DNA of 64,000 nt from Candidatus Niyogibacteria bacterium (lineage in GTDB: Bacteria; Patescibacteriota; Minisyncoccia; JACROR01), in NCBI GenBank assembly GCA_016186495.1, contig JACPLO010000002.1:6857-70856 (forward strand). Direction: 5' to 3'. Positions 1 through 9,235 of the stretch are shown here, in pieces. The translations under genes and the position numbers were made by a program. Below the pieces are notes generated by a model. It worked only from the letters and a program-made list of their open reading frames with translations, was not told where the DNA came from and made no database searches. Numbering within the stretch: position 1 is the stretch's first letter; every line of letters starts with the position of its first letter.

Positions 1-77
1 CTTTTATTTCTAAAACCGCGGTTTCCAAGCTTCCTTATGGCACAGGAAGGAGTTTTAGTTTTTTAATCGTAATCTCC

Positions 78-545
78 GTGGTTATTTTTATTATTTCTTT
101 GGGATTTTTGGCCGGGGCGTGGTTTTATCAGGGTGTTTTGGAAAACGATCTGCGGATTTTAAGCGGCGATTTAGATAAAATTAAAAAAGAATTTGATCTT
201 GTCTCTTTGGGAGATTTTTCCAAAATCGCCGATTCCATAGAAACAGCCAAGACGGTTTTAGGCGATCATAAAGCCGTTTCCCGCGTTTTTGATTTTTTGG
301 AGAAAAATACTTTGCCGGAAGTAAGGTTTTTAAATTTCAATTATGAATCCGCGGAACAGTCATCTTTGGCGTTCAGCGGAGAAGCTAAAGGGTTTTTGGT
401 TTTAGCCCAGCAAATTTTAATTTTGAAAAAAAATGAATTTTTGAAAAACATATCACTGTCCAATCTTTCTTTGAAAAAAGAAGGGCTGGTCGGTTTTACC
501 CTGACGATGATTTTAGATCCGAAATTAATAAAATACGGCCCGTAA
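78..545 (+). CDS. Membrane-anchored type IV pilus assembly protein, PilN-like (tentative)
   Basis: N-terminal TM helix then soluble domain. It sits directly upstream of a PilO-like gene and pilB. Confidence 0.35.
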   Translation: MVIFIISLGFLAGAWFYQGVLENDLRILSGDLDKIKKEFDLVSLGDFSKIADSIETAKTVLGDHKAVSRVFDFLEKNTLPEVRFLNFNYESAEQSSLAFSGEAKGFLVLAQQILILKKNEFLKNISLSNLSLKKEGLVGFTLTMILDPKLIKYGP

Positions 546-548
546 TTT

Positions 549-1097
549 ATGAAACAAATAATTATCGCCATTATTTTTATCGGAGCGGCCGGAGGAATTT
601 TTTTCGGCTGGAGCGTGCCGATTACCGAAAATATCAAAAATTTATCAAAAGATATTAAAGATTTAGAAGGTGTTTTAAGCCGTTTTTACGATTTAAGAAA
701 ATTCAAAAATGAATTGATGGGAGTCTATAATTCAATCAGCGCCCGGGATTATAATCGTATTCTTGAAATTGTTCCTTTAGCCGCCGGCGAAGGGAATTTA
801 GTGGTGGAATTTGGAAATTTAGCGAAGGAAAATAATCTTCTTCTTAAAAAAATTGACGTGAAATACGCCGTTGAAAGCGAAAAAAAGGCGGTGGTCATAA
901 AAGAAAAATTGCCTTATGAAACCGCGTCTATTTCTTTATCGCTGGACGGCTCTTATAATTCTTTAAAATCTTTTCTTTCCAAATTGGAAAATTCTTTGCG
1001 GATTATTGACATAAAAACGCTGTCTTTTAACGCCGGAGCAAATGATTCTTATGAGTTTAATATTTCGGCCCAAGCCTATTTTCAAGCGAGGGAATAA
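549..1097 (+). CDS. Type IV pilus assembly protein, PilO-like (tentative)
   Basis: Single N-terminal TM plus coiled-coil segment. The start lies 4 bp after the previous stop, inside the pilus operon. Confidence 0.35.
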   Translation: MKQIIIAIIFIGAAGGIFFGWSVPITENIKNLSKDIKDLEGVLSRFYDLRKFKNELMGVYNSISARDYNRILEIVPLAAGEGNLVVEFGNLAKENNLLLKKIDVKYAVESEKKAVVIKEKLPYETASISLSLDGSYNSLKSFLSKLENSLRIIDIKTLSFNAGANDSYEFNISAQAYFQARE

Positions 1098-1115
1098 AAT
1101 GAAAATATTAATTTT

Positions 1116-1415
1116 ATGAAAAATAATATTTTAATAACAATTTTAGCCATTGGAGCGTTGGCAGCCGCCGGCTTTTGGTATTTTAATTTTTTTTCTTCCG
1201 GCCAGGCCGAAGTCGTGGAAAAAGTTTTATCGGCAAATGAATTATCGGGTGAACCGAGGGAATTGCTCAACGCATTGGCAAAAATGCAGAAAATAAAGAT
1301 AAATACCGCTTTTTTTGAGAATCCTCTCTATCTTGGATTGATTGATTTGTCGCCGACTATTGAAATTCCGGAAATGAAAGGGAGAAAAAATCCTTTTTTA
1401 CCGATCGGAGATTAA
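1116..1415 (+). CDS. Small membrane-anchored pilus-operon protein (PilP-like?)
   Basis: 99 aa with N-terminal TM helix, lying between the PilO-like gene and pilB. Confidence 0.25.
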   Translation: MKNNILITILAIGALAAAGFWYFNFFSSGQAEVVEKVLSANELSGEPRELLNALAKMQKIKINTAFFENPLYLGLIDLSPTIEIPEMKGRKNPFLPIGD

Positions 1416-1476
1416 AATTAAAATCCTAAATTCAATAAAAATTAGAAATTGAAAATTGAAATAGAATTTCGCTTAT

Positions 1477-3186
1477 ATGGATATTCGATTTGCTGACCTT
1501 CTCGTGGAGAAAAATATAATCTCCGGAGAAGAATTAAATAAAATAAAACAAGAAGCGGCTTCCCGAAGCGTTCCTTTAGAGGATATTCTTTTGGAAAAAA
1601 AAATACCGGAGATTGAAATTTTAAAATCTAAAAGCGAAATTTTGGGAGCGCCGATCATATCTTTAAAAAAAGGTAAAATTCCTTTTGATGTTTTAAAATT
1701 AGTGCCGGAAGAATCCGCCAAACATTATCGGTTTATTCCTTTTGCCGTCAGCGAAGGCGTTTTAGAAGTGGGAATGGTGGATCCGAATGACATCATCGCC
1801 CGGGAAGCTTTGAATTTTATTTCCGCCAAGATTAATATGCCGTATAAGATTTTTTTAATCAGCAAATCTGATTTTACGGCGGTGTTTGAAGATTATAAAA
1901 GTTTGGGCGGCGAAGTAACCCAGGCGTTGGGAGAATTGGAAAGTATGCTGATAGAAGCGGAAAAATCAATGCCGAAAGAGGCGGAAAAGGTTTTGGAATT
2001 CGTTGAAGAAACGCCGGTTATTAAAGTGGTGGCGGTGATGCTCCGCCATGCCGCGGAAGGAAACGCTTCTGATATCCACATTGAACCCCAGCGCGATCAT
2101 TTAAGAATAAGATTCAGAGTGGACGGCATTCTTCATACAAGTTTAGTTTTACCTCTTAAGGTTCATGAGGCGATCGTTTCCCGCATTAAAATTTTAACCA
2201 ATATGCAGCTTGACGAGAAACGGAAGCCGCAAGACGGCCGGTTTTCCGCCAGTATTGAGAAAAGGCAAATTGATTTTAGAGTTTCCACTTTCCCCACTTT
2301 TTTCGGAGAAAAAGTCGTTATCAGGATTTTGGATGTTGAAAAAGGAATAAAAACGCTTGAGGAAGCCGGATTTTCAGGAAATAATCTGGCAGAAATTAAA
2401 AAGGCGCTTGATCGCCCTTACGGATTGATTTTAATTACCGGTCCGACCGGTTCGGGTAAAACCACCACGCTTTACGCGATGCTTCAGATTTTAAATGAAG
2501 AGGGAAGTAATGTGGTAAGTTTGGAAGATCCGGTGGAATATAACGTGGAAGGAGTCAATCAATCCCAAGTAAAGCCGGAGATCAGTTATAATTTTGCCAA
2601 TGGCTTGCGTTCAATTTTACGCCAAGATCCGGATGTGATTATGGTGGGCGAAATAAGAGATAAAGAGACAGCCCAGCTGGCTATTCATGCGGCTTTAACC
2701 GGCCATTTGGTTCTTTCCACTTTGCATACCAATTCGGCCACGGGCGTGATTCCTCGTTTGATTGATATGGGCGTTGATTCTTATTTAATCGCTCCTACTC
2801 TTGTTTTAGCGATGGCTCAAAGGTTATCCAGAACTCTCTGTCCGGAATCGCGGAAAGAAATTCCGGCTGCCGGAAAAATAAAAGAAATTCTGGAAAAAGA
2901 AATGGCGGAAATTCCTTTGGAAATTAAGAAGAGCATAAAAATACCTTCAAAAATTTATCAAGCAATGCCTTCTGCTTCTTGCCCTAAAGGCACGAAGGGA
3001 CGCATCGCGATCAGCGAAGTTATCGCGATGACGCCGGCGCTGGAAAAAGCCATTCTTTCTGACCCGACTGAACCTAATATTATGAAAGCGGCGCGCCAGC
3101 AGGGAATGATTAAAATGCGCGAAGACGGAATTTTAAAGGTTTTGGAAGGAAAAATCGGGCTTGAAGAATTAACGGAAATTATTTAA
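1477..3186 (+). CDS. pilB: Type IV pilus assembly ATPase PilB/GspE
   Basis: Walker A motif GPTGSGKTTT, GspE N-terminal domain, and a C-terminal Cys cluster. 569 aa. Confidence 0.9.
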   Translation: MDIRFADLLVEKNIISGEELNKIKQEAASRSVPLEDILLEKKIPEIEILKSKSEILGAPIISLKKGKIPFDVLKLVPEESAKHYRFIPFAVSEGVLEVGMVDPNDIIAREALNFISAKINMPYKIFLISKSDFTAVFEDYKSLGGEVTQALGELESMLIEAEKSMPKEAEKVLEFVEETPVIKVVAVMLRHAAEGNASDIHIEPQRDHLRIRFRVDGILHTSLVLPLKVHEAIVSRIKILTNMQLDEKRKPQDGRFSASIEKRQIDFRVSTFPTFFGEKVVIRILDVEKGIKTLEEAGFSGNNLAEIKKALDRPYGLILITGPTGSGKTTTLYAMLQILNEEGSNVVSLEDPVEYNVEGVNQSQVKPEISYNFANGLRSILRQDPDVIMVGEIRDKETAQLAIHAALTGHLVLSTLHTNSATGVIPRLIDMGVDSYLIAPTLVLAMAQRLSRTLCPESRKEIPAAGKIKEILEKEMAEIPLEIKKSIKIPSKIYQAMPSASCPKGTKGRIAISEVIAMTPALEKAILSDPTEPNIMKAARQQGMIKMREDGILKVLEGKIGLEELTEII

Positions 3187-3190
3187 AAAT

Positions 3191-3637
3191 ATGAAAATAA
3201 GAAAAAAATTAGGGTTTACGATTTTGGAAATTTTGGTTGTTTTGGCGATCGGCGCTTTAATTCTTTCTTTTGTTTTTTGGGGCTATCGCGATCTTAAAGC
3301 CAAAAGCCGCGATTCCAGAAGAGAACATGATATTAAAGAAATTCAAAATTCCCTTGTTCTTTACGTGAATGAGGCCGGTGTTTTTCCTTGTACTGGAGAA
3401 GGAGAAATAATTATCGGCGTTAATTCTTGTTTAAAAGACGCGCTTTTGGGAATCGGCGTTATTCCCGCTTTACCCATTGATCCTTTAGGAGGCGCCAGCG
3501 GCAGTTGCGGCAATCCTGCTTCTTACGTTTATTGTTATCAATCTTTGGAAAATGGCTTTAATTATCAAATAAGATATAATTTAGAGACCGACAGCATTTT
3601 AGGCAAAGCAAAAGGCCTTCAAAGCGTATCGCCTTAA
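3191..3637 (+). CDS. Prepilin-type N-terminal cleavage/methylation domain protein (pseudopilin)
   Basis: N-terminus KLGFTILEILVVLAIGALIL is a class III signal, followed by a Cys-rich C-terminus. Confidence 0.7.
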   Translation: MKIRKKLGFTILEILVVLAIGALILSFVFWGYRDLKAKSRDSRREHDIKEIQNSLVLYVNEAGVFPCTGEGEIIIGVNSCLKDALLGIGVIPALPIDPLGGASGSCGNPASYVYCYQSLENGFNYQIRYNLETDSILGKAKGLQSVSP

Positions 3638-3673
3638 AATGCCCCAGAATAAAAATAAAAAATTTATTGGAAA

Positions 3674-4741
3674 ATGAAAGATTATCAAAAAGAATTAACG
3701 GAACTGATAATGATAATGGTTAAAGAGAGCGCTTCCGACCTCCATATTTCAGTGGGGCGCCATCCGACGATCAGAGTCGCCGGCGAGCTTATTCCGCTTG
3801 TTAAAAGGCCGGTGTTGACTCCGGAAGACACCGCGGGGCTGATTTTTACGATGCTTAATGAAAGCCGGCAAAAAGAACTTTTTGAAAAAAGAGAGATTGA
3901 TTTTTCCTATAATTTTCAAGATAAAGTAAGATTTCGGGTCAATGCTTTTTATCAGAAAGGTTTCTTGGGAATAGCTTTGCGGTTTATTTCTGTGGGAATT
4001 AAAGATGTTAAATCTCTTAATTTGCCGGAAACGCTTTTATCTTTTACCGGAAAAGGGCAGGGTTTTTTTCTGGCGGTCGGCCCGACCGGCCACGGCAAAT
4101 CCACGACTTTGGCCAGTATGATTGATGTCATTAATCATGAAAGAGCCGAGCATATTATCACGGTGGAAGACCCCATAGAATACATATTTATTCAGGACAA
4201 ATCAATCATTGACCAGCGTGAAGTCCAAAGTGACACTCATGATTTCAAGCGCGCTTTAAGGTCAATGTTCAGGGAAGACGTTAATGTGGCAATGATCGGC
4301 GAAATGCGCGATTACGAAACCATTTCCGCCGCGGTCACCGCCGCGGAAACCGGCCATCTTATTTTTTCTTCCCTCCACACCAATAATGCCGCTCAAACTA
4401 TTGATCGCATTCTTGATTCTTTTCCGCCCACCCAGCAAAATCAGATTCGTTCCCAGCTGGCCAGCACCATTATCGGAATTTTTTCCCAACGTTTGGTCCC
4501 GCGGGTTTCCGGCGGCCTTATTCCGGCTTACGAACTTTTGATCGCCAATCATGCTGTTCGAAATTTAATTCGGGAAAATAAAGTCCATGAAATTGATATG
4601 GTGATTGAAACCAGCTCTGATCTGGGAATGGTAAGTTTTAACCGTTCTTTGGTGGAATTGGTCAGGCAGGGAGAAATTACCATGGAAAACGCGCTGGCTT
4701 ATTCTTTGAATCCTTCCGGCTTGCAAGCGTTGTCAAAATAA
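3674..4741 (+). CDS. pilT: Twitching-motility / pilus retraction ATPase PilT
   Basis: Walker A motif GPTGHGKSTT, PilT-family length of 355 aa, and a GEMRD motif. Confidence 0.88.
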   Translation: MKDYQKELTELIMIMVKESASDLHISVGRHPTIRVAGELIPLVKRPVLTPEDTAGLIFTMLNESRQKELFEKREIDFSYNFQDKVRFRVNAFYQKGFLGIALRFISVGIKDVKSLNLPETLLSFTGKGQGFFLAVGPTGHGKSTTLASMIDVINHERAEHIITVEDPIEYIFIQDKSIIDQREVQSDTHDFKRALRSMFREDVNVAMIGEMRDYETISAAVTAAETGHLIFSSLHTNNAAQTIDRILDSFPPTQQNQIRSQLASTIIGIFSQRLVPRVSGGLIPAYELLIANHAVRNLIRENKVHEIDMVIETSSDLGMVSFNRSLVELVRQGEITMENALAYSLNPSGLQALSK

Positions 4742-4798
4742 TTTCAAAGCTTGGAGCGCTGCCATAAGAAAATGAATTTTACAACATTAGTATAAATT

Positions 4799-6007
4799 AT
4801 GCTTTTTAATTATCAAGCCCGCACTCCGCAAGGGGAAATAAAATCAGGCAATATTGACGCCGCTTCCACGGAAGGCGCTCTCGCTTCTCTTCAACGCCGA
4901 AATCTTATCGTGATTTCTTTGGAGTCGGTTGAAAAATCAACGCCTTGGTATAAAAGAGGCATTACTTTGTTTGAACGCGTTAAGATGCGCGATGTGGTTA
5001 TTATTTCCCGCCAGCTTTCCACGCTTTTTGAAGCCAAGGTGCCGGTGGTGGAATCTTTAAAAGTTCTTGTTTCTGAAACCGCCAGTCCGGTTTTAAAGAA
5101 ACGTTTAGCCGCGATTTTGGAAGACATTGAAAGCGGCACTTCTATTTCCGAAGCTTTAGGCAAGTATCCTGAAATTTTTTCAAAATTTTACGTTAATATG
5201 GTTAAATCCGGAGAAGAATCCGGAAAACTAAACGAGGTTTTTTCTTATTTAGCCGATTATCTGGAACGTTCATATGATTTGACCGTTAAAGCCAGAAACG
5301 CTTTTATTTATCCGGCTTTCGTTTTAACGGTTTTTACGGTCGTGATGATTTTAATGTTGGTTATGGTGATTCCGCGGCTTTCAACTATTCTGACCGAAAC
5401 CGGCCAATCCCTTCCTTTTTACACAAAAATTATTATCGCTTTCAGCAATTTTTTAAGAAATTTCGGCATTTTACTTTTAGTTTTTTTGGCAATCGGCGTT
5501 ATTTTTCTCTGGCGCTATCTTCAGACCGGCGCGGGTAAAATGGCTTTTTCCCGTTTTCAACTGTCTATTCCGATTGCCGGTGAGCTTTATAAAAAATTTT
5601 ATTTGGCAAGAATAGCCGATAATCTGCAAACTCTTTTGGCGAGCGGGGTTCCCGTGGTGCGCGCTTTGGAAATTACTTCCGATGTGGTGGGCAACGAAGT
5701 TTACGCGGAAATTTTAAAAGAAACTATTTCTATGGTTAAATCCGGCAGTCCGATTTCCGAGGCGTTTTCTCGTTATGAAGAAGTTCCTTTATTGATTTCC
5801 CAATCCGTAAAAATCGGCGAAGAAACCGGCAAGCTGGATTTTATTTTAAGCACAATGGCGCGTTTTTACCGCCGGGAAGTGGATAATGCTGTAGATAATA
5901 TCGTCAGTTTAATTGAGCCGGTGATGATCGTGCTTTTAGGTTTGGGAGTCGGCGTTTTGGTGGCTGCGATTCTTGTTCCAATTTATAACATTTCAACGGG
6001 ATTCTAA
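4799..6007 (+). CDS. pilC: Type IV pilus platform protein PilC/GspF
   Basis: Two GspF-type repeats, three TM segments, 402 aa. Confidence 0.88.
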   Translation: MLFNYQARTPQGEIKSGNIDAASTEGALASLQRRNLIVISLESVEKSTPWYKRGITLFERVKMRDVVIISRQLSTLFEAKVPVVESLKVLVSETASPVLKKRLAAILEDIESGTSISEALGKYPEIFSKFYVNMVKSGEESGKLNEVFSYLADYLERSYDLTVKARNAFIYPAFVLTVFTVVMILMLVMVIPRLSTILTETGQSLPFYTKIIIAFSNFLRNFGILLLVFLAIGVIFLWRYLQTGAGKMAFSRFQLSIPIAGELYKKFYLARIADNLQTLLASGVPVVRALEITSDVVGNEVYAEILKETISMVKSGSPISEAFSRYEEVPLLISQSVKIGEETGKLDFILSTMARFYRREVDNAVDNIVSLIEPVMIVLLGLGVGVLVAAILVPIYNISTGF

Positions 6008-6123
6008 ATAATTTTCAATTTTCATTGAATTTACAATTTAATAATTTACAAACTAACGGGATAAATGAGATAATTAATGAAATAAGGTCGATAAAATAAA
6101 AATAATAAAATATACACGCAGAT

Positions 6124-6618
6124 ATGTTTTTAAGAAAAAATAAAGGTTTTACGTTGATTGAGCTTTTAGTGGTGATTGCCATTATCGGCATTTTGGCTTC
6201 GGTGGTGCTCGCTTCCTTGAATAGCGCGCGCAAGAAAGGCCGCGACGCCCGCCGGGTGGCGGATATCAAACAAATTCAGCTTGCTTTAGAGTTGTATTTT
6301 GACGCCAATAAGGAGTATCCGGACGCTCTTAGCGGAAAATTAAATCCCACTTATTTGCCGGCCGTGCCTGATGATCCTTTGAGTGGCGCTTATTTTTATG
6401 ACGCTTACACTACTTCCACCAATCCTCCGGTGGCGGGAGACGATTGCACGGAAGCCAGCGAGATGTGCCTTTCTTATCATTTAGGCGCTGATCTTGAAGA
6501 AAATACCAATCCGGCTTTAAACGCGGATATGGATGCGGACGGAAATACGATTGACGGGCCGGATGCGGATGGATGCGCTGATGCGGCCGGACGTTATTGC
6601 TATGATGTTAGGCCATAA
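6124..6618 (+). CDS. pilA: Type IV major pilin (PilA-like)
   Basis: N-terminus KGFTLIELLVVIAIIGILASVVLASL is a canonical N-methyl-Phe prepilin signal. The C-terminus is Asp-rich and carries a Cys pair. Confidence 0.85.
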   Translation: MFLRKNKGFTLIELLVVIAIIGILASVVLASLNSARKKGRDARRVADIKQIQLALELYFDANKEYPDALSGKLNPTYLPAVPDDPLSGAYFYDAYTTSTNPPVAGDDCTEASEMCLSYHLGADLEENTNPALNADMDADGNTIDGPDADGCADAAGRYCYDVRP

Positions 6619-6642
6619 TTATTCTGATTTTCAGGTATTTTA

Positions 6643-6682
6643 AACCTCTCCCTCTGGTTAGCCGGAAGGGGAGGTTTTATGT
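6643..6682 (+). terminator. Rho-independent terminator after pilin gene
   Basis: Stem aacctctccc / ggggaggtt followed by ttttatgtttt, 25 bp after the pilA stop. Confidence 0.6.
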
Positions 6683-7491
6683 TTTGTATTTGGCGGATAA
6701 CAAGTTATTATTTAATTATGGCGGGGATTTTAATTTTTATTTTAGGACTAATCATGGGCAGTTTTCTAAATGTGGTCATCTTTCGGCTGAATACCGGAGA
6801 ATCCGTTGCGAAGGGGCGTTCCCGATGTTTTGCCTGCGGCGCGGAGCTGAAGTGGTTTGAACTTATTCCGATTTTTAGTTTTTTGGTTCAAGCCGGCCGC
6901 TGTCGGGCCTGCCAAAGCAGAATATCTCGGCAATATCCGGCCGTGGAGCTGGCCGTGGCTTTGATTTTTTACGCTTTATATTTAAAATGGCTGGTAATTT
7001 GGCCGCCGAATATTCCGGTGTTTATCTGGTGGCTGGTTTTCTGGTCAATTTTTTTGACGCTGGCGGTTTATGATTTTCATCATAAAATTTTGCCTGATAT
7101 TTTAGTTTATCCTTTAGGAATTATCGCGGTTTTGGGCGGAGCGGTTTTTTTTAAAAAAGATTTTTGGCCGGCTTTGGCGATCGGCGTTTTATTTTTCTTG
7201 TTTTTTGCCGGCCTTTGGCTGGTTTCCAGAGGAAAATGGATGGGGCTGGGGGATGCTAAATTATTTTTCAGCGTCGGCGTTTTTTTAGGCTGGCCTTTGG
7301 CGCTGGTGGCGATGTTTTTTTCTTTTTGGCTTGGCGCTATAATAAGCGGTATCATAGTTATTTTAAAAAGGTCGTTAAATTTAAAAAGCGAGATCCCTTT
7401 CGGCCCTTTTATTTTTTTGGGAGCAATAATTGCTTTTTTCTGGGGGGATCTTGTATTTTCTTGGTATTTAAAAATAATTTTTAACGTATGA
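6679..7491 (+). CDS. pilD: Prepilin leader peptidase / N-methyltransferase PilD (peptidase A24)
   Basis: CxxC...CxxC zinc-finger region (CFACGAEL...CRACQSRI), multiple TM helices, 270 aa. Confidence 0.85.
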   Translation: MFCIWRITSYYLIMAGILIFILGLIMGSFLNVVIFRLNTGESVAKGRSRCFACGAELKWFELIPIFSFLVQAGRCRACQSRISRQYPAVELAVALIFYALYLKWLVIWPPNIPVFIWWLVFWSIFLTLAVYDFHHKILPDILVYPLGIIAVLGGAVFFKKDFWPALAIGVLFFLFFAGLWLVSRGKWMGLGDAKLFFSVGVFLGWPLALVAMFFSFWLGAIISGIIVILKRSLNLKSEIPFGPFIFLGAIIAFFWGDLVFSWYLKIIFNV

Positions 7492-7492
7492 A

Positions 7493-7570
7493 CCCCGTTA
7501 GAAATCTTCATAAATAAGGTTTCAAGCGGGGAAATGATTATGCAAAACAAAAAACAAATTTCTAACGGAG
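7493..7570. repeat. Palindromic repeat unit: ccccgttagaaat...atttctaacggag
   Basis: Inverted copies of the window-wide 9-mer. They flank the start of the 7534 CDS directly after the pilD stop. Confidence 0.7.
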
Positions 7571-7995
7571 TGAATATAAACATAAAAAAAGCTTTTCTCC
7601 AGATTTTTATCGGCGCGATAATTATCGGCGGATTGTTTTTTGTCGGCTTATCGCCGCGAGGCCAGAAATTTTCTTCAAATCCGGATAGCGTTAAGAACGG
7701 AGAAAAAAAATATTTTTTAACGCTTAATTACGGCAACGGAAAAATAAGAAAATTCAGCAGCGAAATGGCGGAGGAAAAGACCAGGGCGTGGAATCTGCTC
7801 CAGCTAGCCTCGGCCCAATCGGCGGTGTCAGTGGAAATTGAAGATGGATTTCTTCCCCGTTCCATTGATGGATTTAAAAACACCGATCAAAACAAATGGG
7901 TTTTATTCGTGAACGGAGCAAGGCAAACAAACGGCCCTTTTGAGGTGTTTGTCAAAAAGGGAGATTTGGTGGAGTTTAAGTATGAAAAACAATAA
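7534..7995 (+). CDS. Hypothetical membrane-anchored protein in pilus operon
   Basis: N-terminal TM then a beta-rich domain. No motif recognised. Codon 10-12 is the repeat-encoded SNG. Confidence 0.5.
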   Translation: MIMQNKKQISNGVNINIKKAFLQIFIGAIIIGGLFFVGLSPRGQKFSSNPDSVKNGEKKYFLTLNYGNGKIRKFSSEMAEEKTRAWNLLQLASAQSAVSVEIEDGFLPRSIDGFKNTDQNKWVLFVNGARQTNGPFEVFVKKGDLVEFKYEKQ

Positions 7996-8626
7996 AATAA
8001 ATTTTTTAAGGAGATTTACCCCATTAAATAGTTGCAAAGCAAATTTAACGGGGTTTACGGTTGTTGAAGTGTTGATTACCATGGGAGTTTTTGCGTTAGT
8101 TAGTTCAATGGTTTTGGCGAATTATCCCAAATTTTCCGAGCGGCTGACTCTGGAACAAACCGCTCAAAAAATCGCTTTATCTTTCCGGGAGGCAAAAATC
8201 CTCTCTTTAACGGTCGGAGAATCTGAAATTGGAACGCGAATTTTTCCCGGTTACGGCGTGCATTTTGACGCCGGTGAAAGCGGAAATAATAAAAGATATT
8301 TGATTTTTTCCGATCTTAACGCCGATAAAAAATATGCGGAGCCGGACGACGGAGAAAAAGATATTTTTGGAATCCAAAGCTCCGCTTTTATTTCAGGAGC
8401 TTGTTTCGGGGAAGAAGACGCCGGCAGTTTAAGCGAATGCCAAAGTTATAATCAAACGAAAATTTTAGATATAGTTTTTACTAGGCCAAAACCCAGCATT
8501 GATTTTTATGACGGCGAAAGAAGCCAGTGGCGAGGTGAGCAGAATGTCGGCATTTTTATCGTTAATCCCGAAGGCGATATTAAAAAAATAATTATCTGGA
8601 AAACCGGGCAGATAATGGTTGAATGA
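7940..8626 (+). CDS. Minor pseudopilin (prepilin-type cleavage/methylation domain)
   Basis: The track ORF starts at 7940; the start is uncertain. The mature end GFTVVEVLITMGVFALVSSM begins at ~8049. An unusually long leader, FTPLNSCKANLTG, is encoded by repeat DNA. Confidence 0.7.
   Translation: MRCLSKREIWWSLSMKNNKINFLRRFTPLNSCKANLTGFTVVEVLITMGVFALVSSMVLANYPKFSERLTLEQTAQKIALSFREAKILSLTVGESEIGTRIFPGYGVHFDAGESGNNKRYLIFSDLNADKKYAEPDDGEKDIFGIQSSAFISGACFGEEDAGSLSECQSYNQTKILDIVFTRPKPSIDFYDGERSQWRGEQNVGIFIVNPEGDIKKIIIWKTGQIMVE
8021..8058. repeat. Palindromic repeat (ccccattaaat...aatttaacgggg) overlapping pseudopilin leader
   Basis: Inverted-repeat pair of a family variant. The right arm encodes the L-T-G-F-T cleavage motif. 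Confidence 0.6.
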
Positions 8627-8640
8627 GATTTTATAATTAA

Positions 8641-8708
8641 TTCAAAAGTCAAAATGCAAAATTCAAAATTTCAATTCAAAATTCAAAAGTTTTATTTTTA
8701 ATTTTCAA
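8641..8708. repeat. AT-rich tandem TTCAAAA heptamer run
   Basis: About 6 direct copies of (a)ttcaaaa upstream of the PilV-like gene. Confidence 0.5.
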
Positions 8709-8710
8709 AT

Positions 8711-9229
8711 ATGGCTTATCCAAAATCCGGCAAAGGTTTCAGCTTATTAGAGACGCTTGTGGCTTTGGCGATTTTAAATGCCGCGATTTTAGGGCCAATC
8801 AGTCTGGCTTATGTCAGCATCCGTTCAGCCAGTTTGTCTCATAACATCACGATTGCCGCTTTTTTAGCCGAGGAAGGAGTGGAATTGGCGCGCAGTCAGC
8901 GCGAAAAAAATATTTACAGCGGCAATGATTGGCTTAATAGCCTTGCCGGTTGCGCGGTTGGCAGTCCTTGCCGAATCGCGACTGCCGCGGACGGCGAAAT
9001 CAGCGTTGTTTCTTGCGGCGGATCATGCGCGCCCCTTAATTATGATTCAGATATCGGTCTCTACTGGTATGAGAGCGGAAATGCTTCAATTTTTACCAGA
9101 AGTTTTACGGTTGAGGAAATAAAAGAAAACAAAGAAGCAAAAGTGACGATGACGGTCAGTTGGAAAGAACGTTTTTTAAGCGGCAATCAAAATATTCAGT
9201 TAGAAAGCCATCTTTCCAATTGGCATTAG
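8711..9229 (+). CDS. Minor pilin, PilV/GspI-like
   Basis: N-terminus GFSLLETLVALAILNAAILGPI. Confidence 0.7.
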   Translation: MAYPKSGKGFSLLETLVALAILNAAILGPISLAYVSIRSASLSHNITIAAFLAEEGVELARSQREKNIYSGNDWLNSLAGCAVGSPCRIATAADGEISVVSCGGSCAPLNYDSDIGLYWYESGNASIFTRSFTVEEIKENKEAKVTMTVSWKERFLSGNQNIQLESHLSNWH

Positions 9230-9235
9230 AAATTT

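Noticed and set aside
6480-6618. Asp-rich C-terminus of the major pilin (DMDADGNTIDGPDADGCADAAGRYC) as a calcium-binding or glycosylation module
   Set aside because: Suggestive, but the motif is not a clean EF-hand or RTX repeat. The evidence is too thin.
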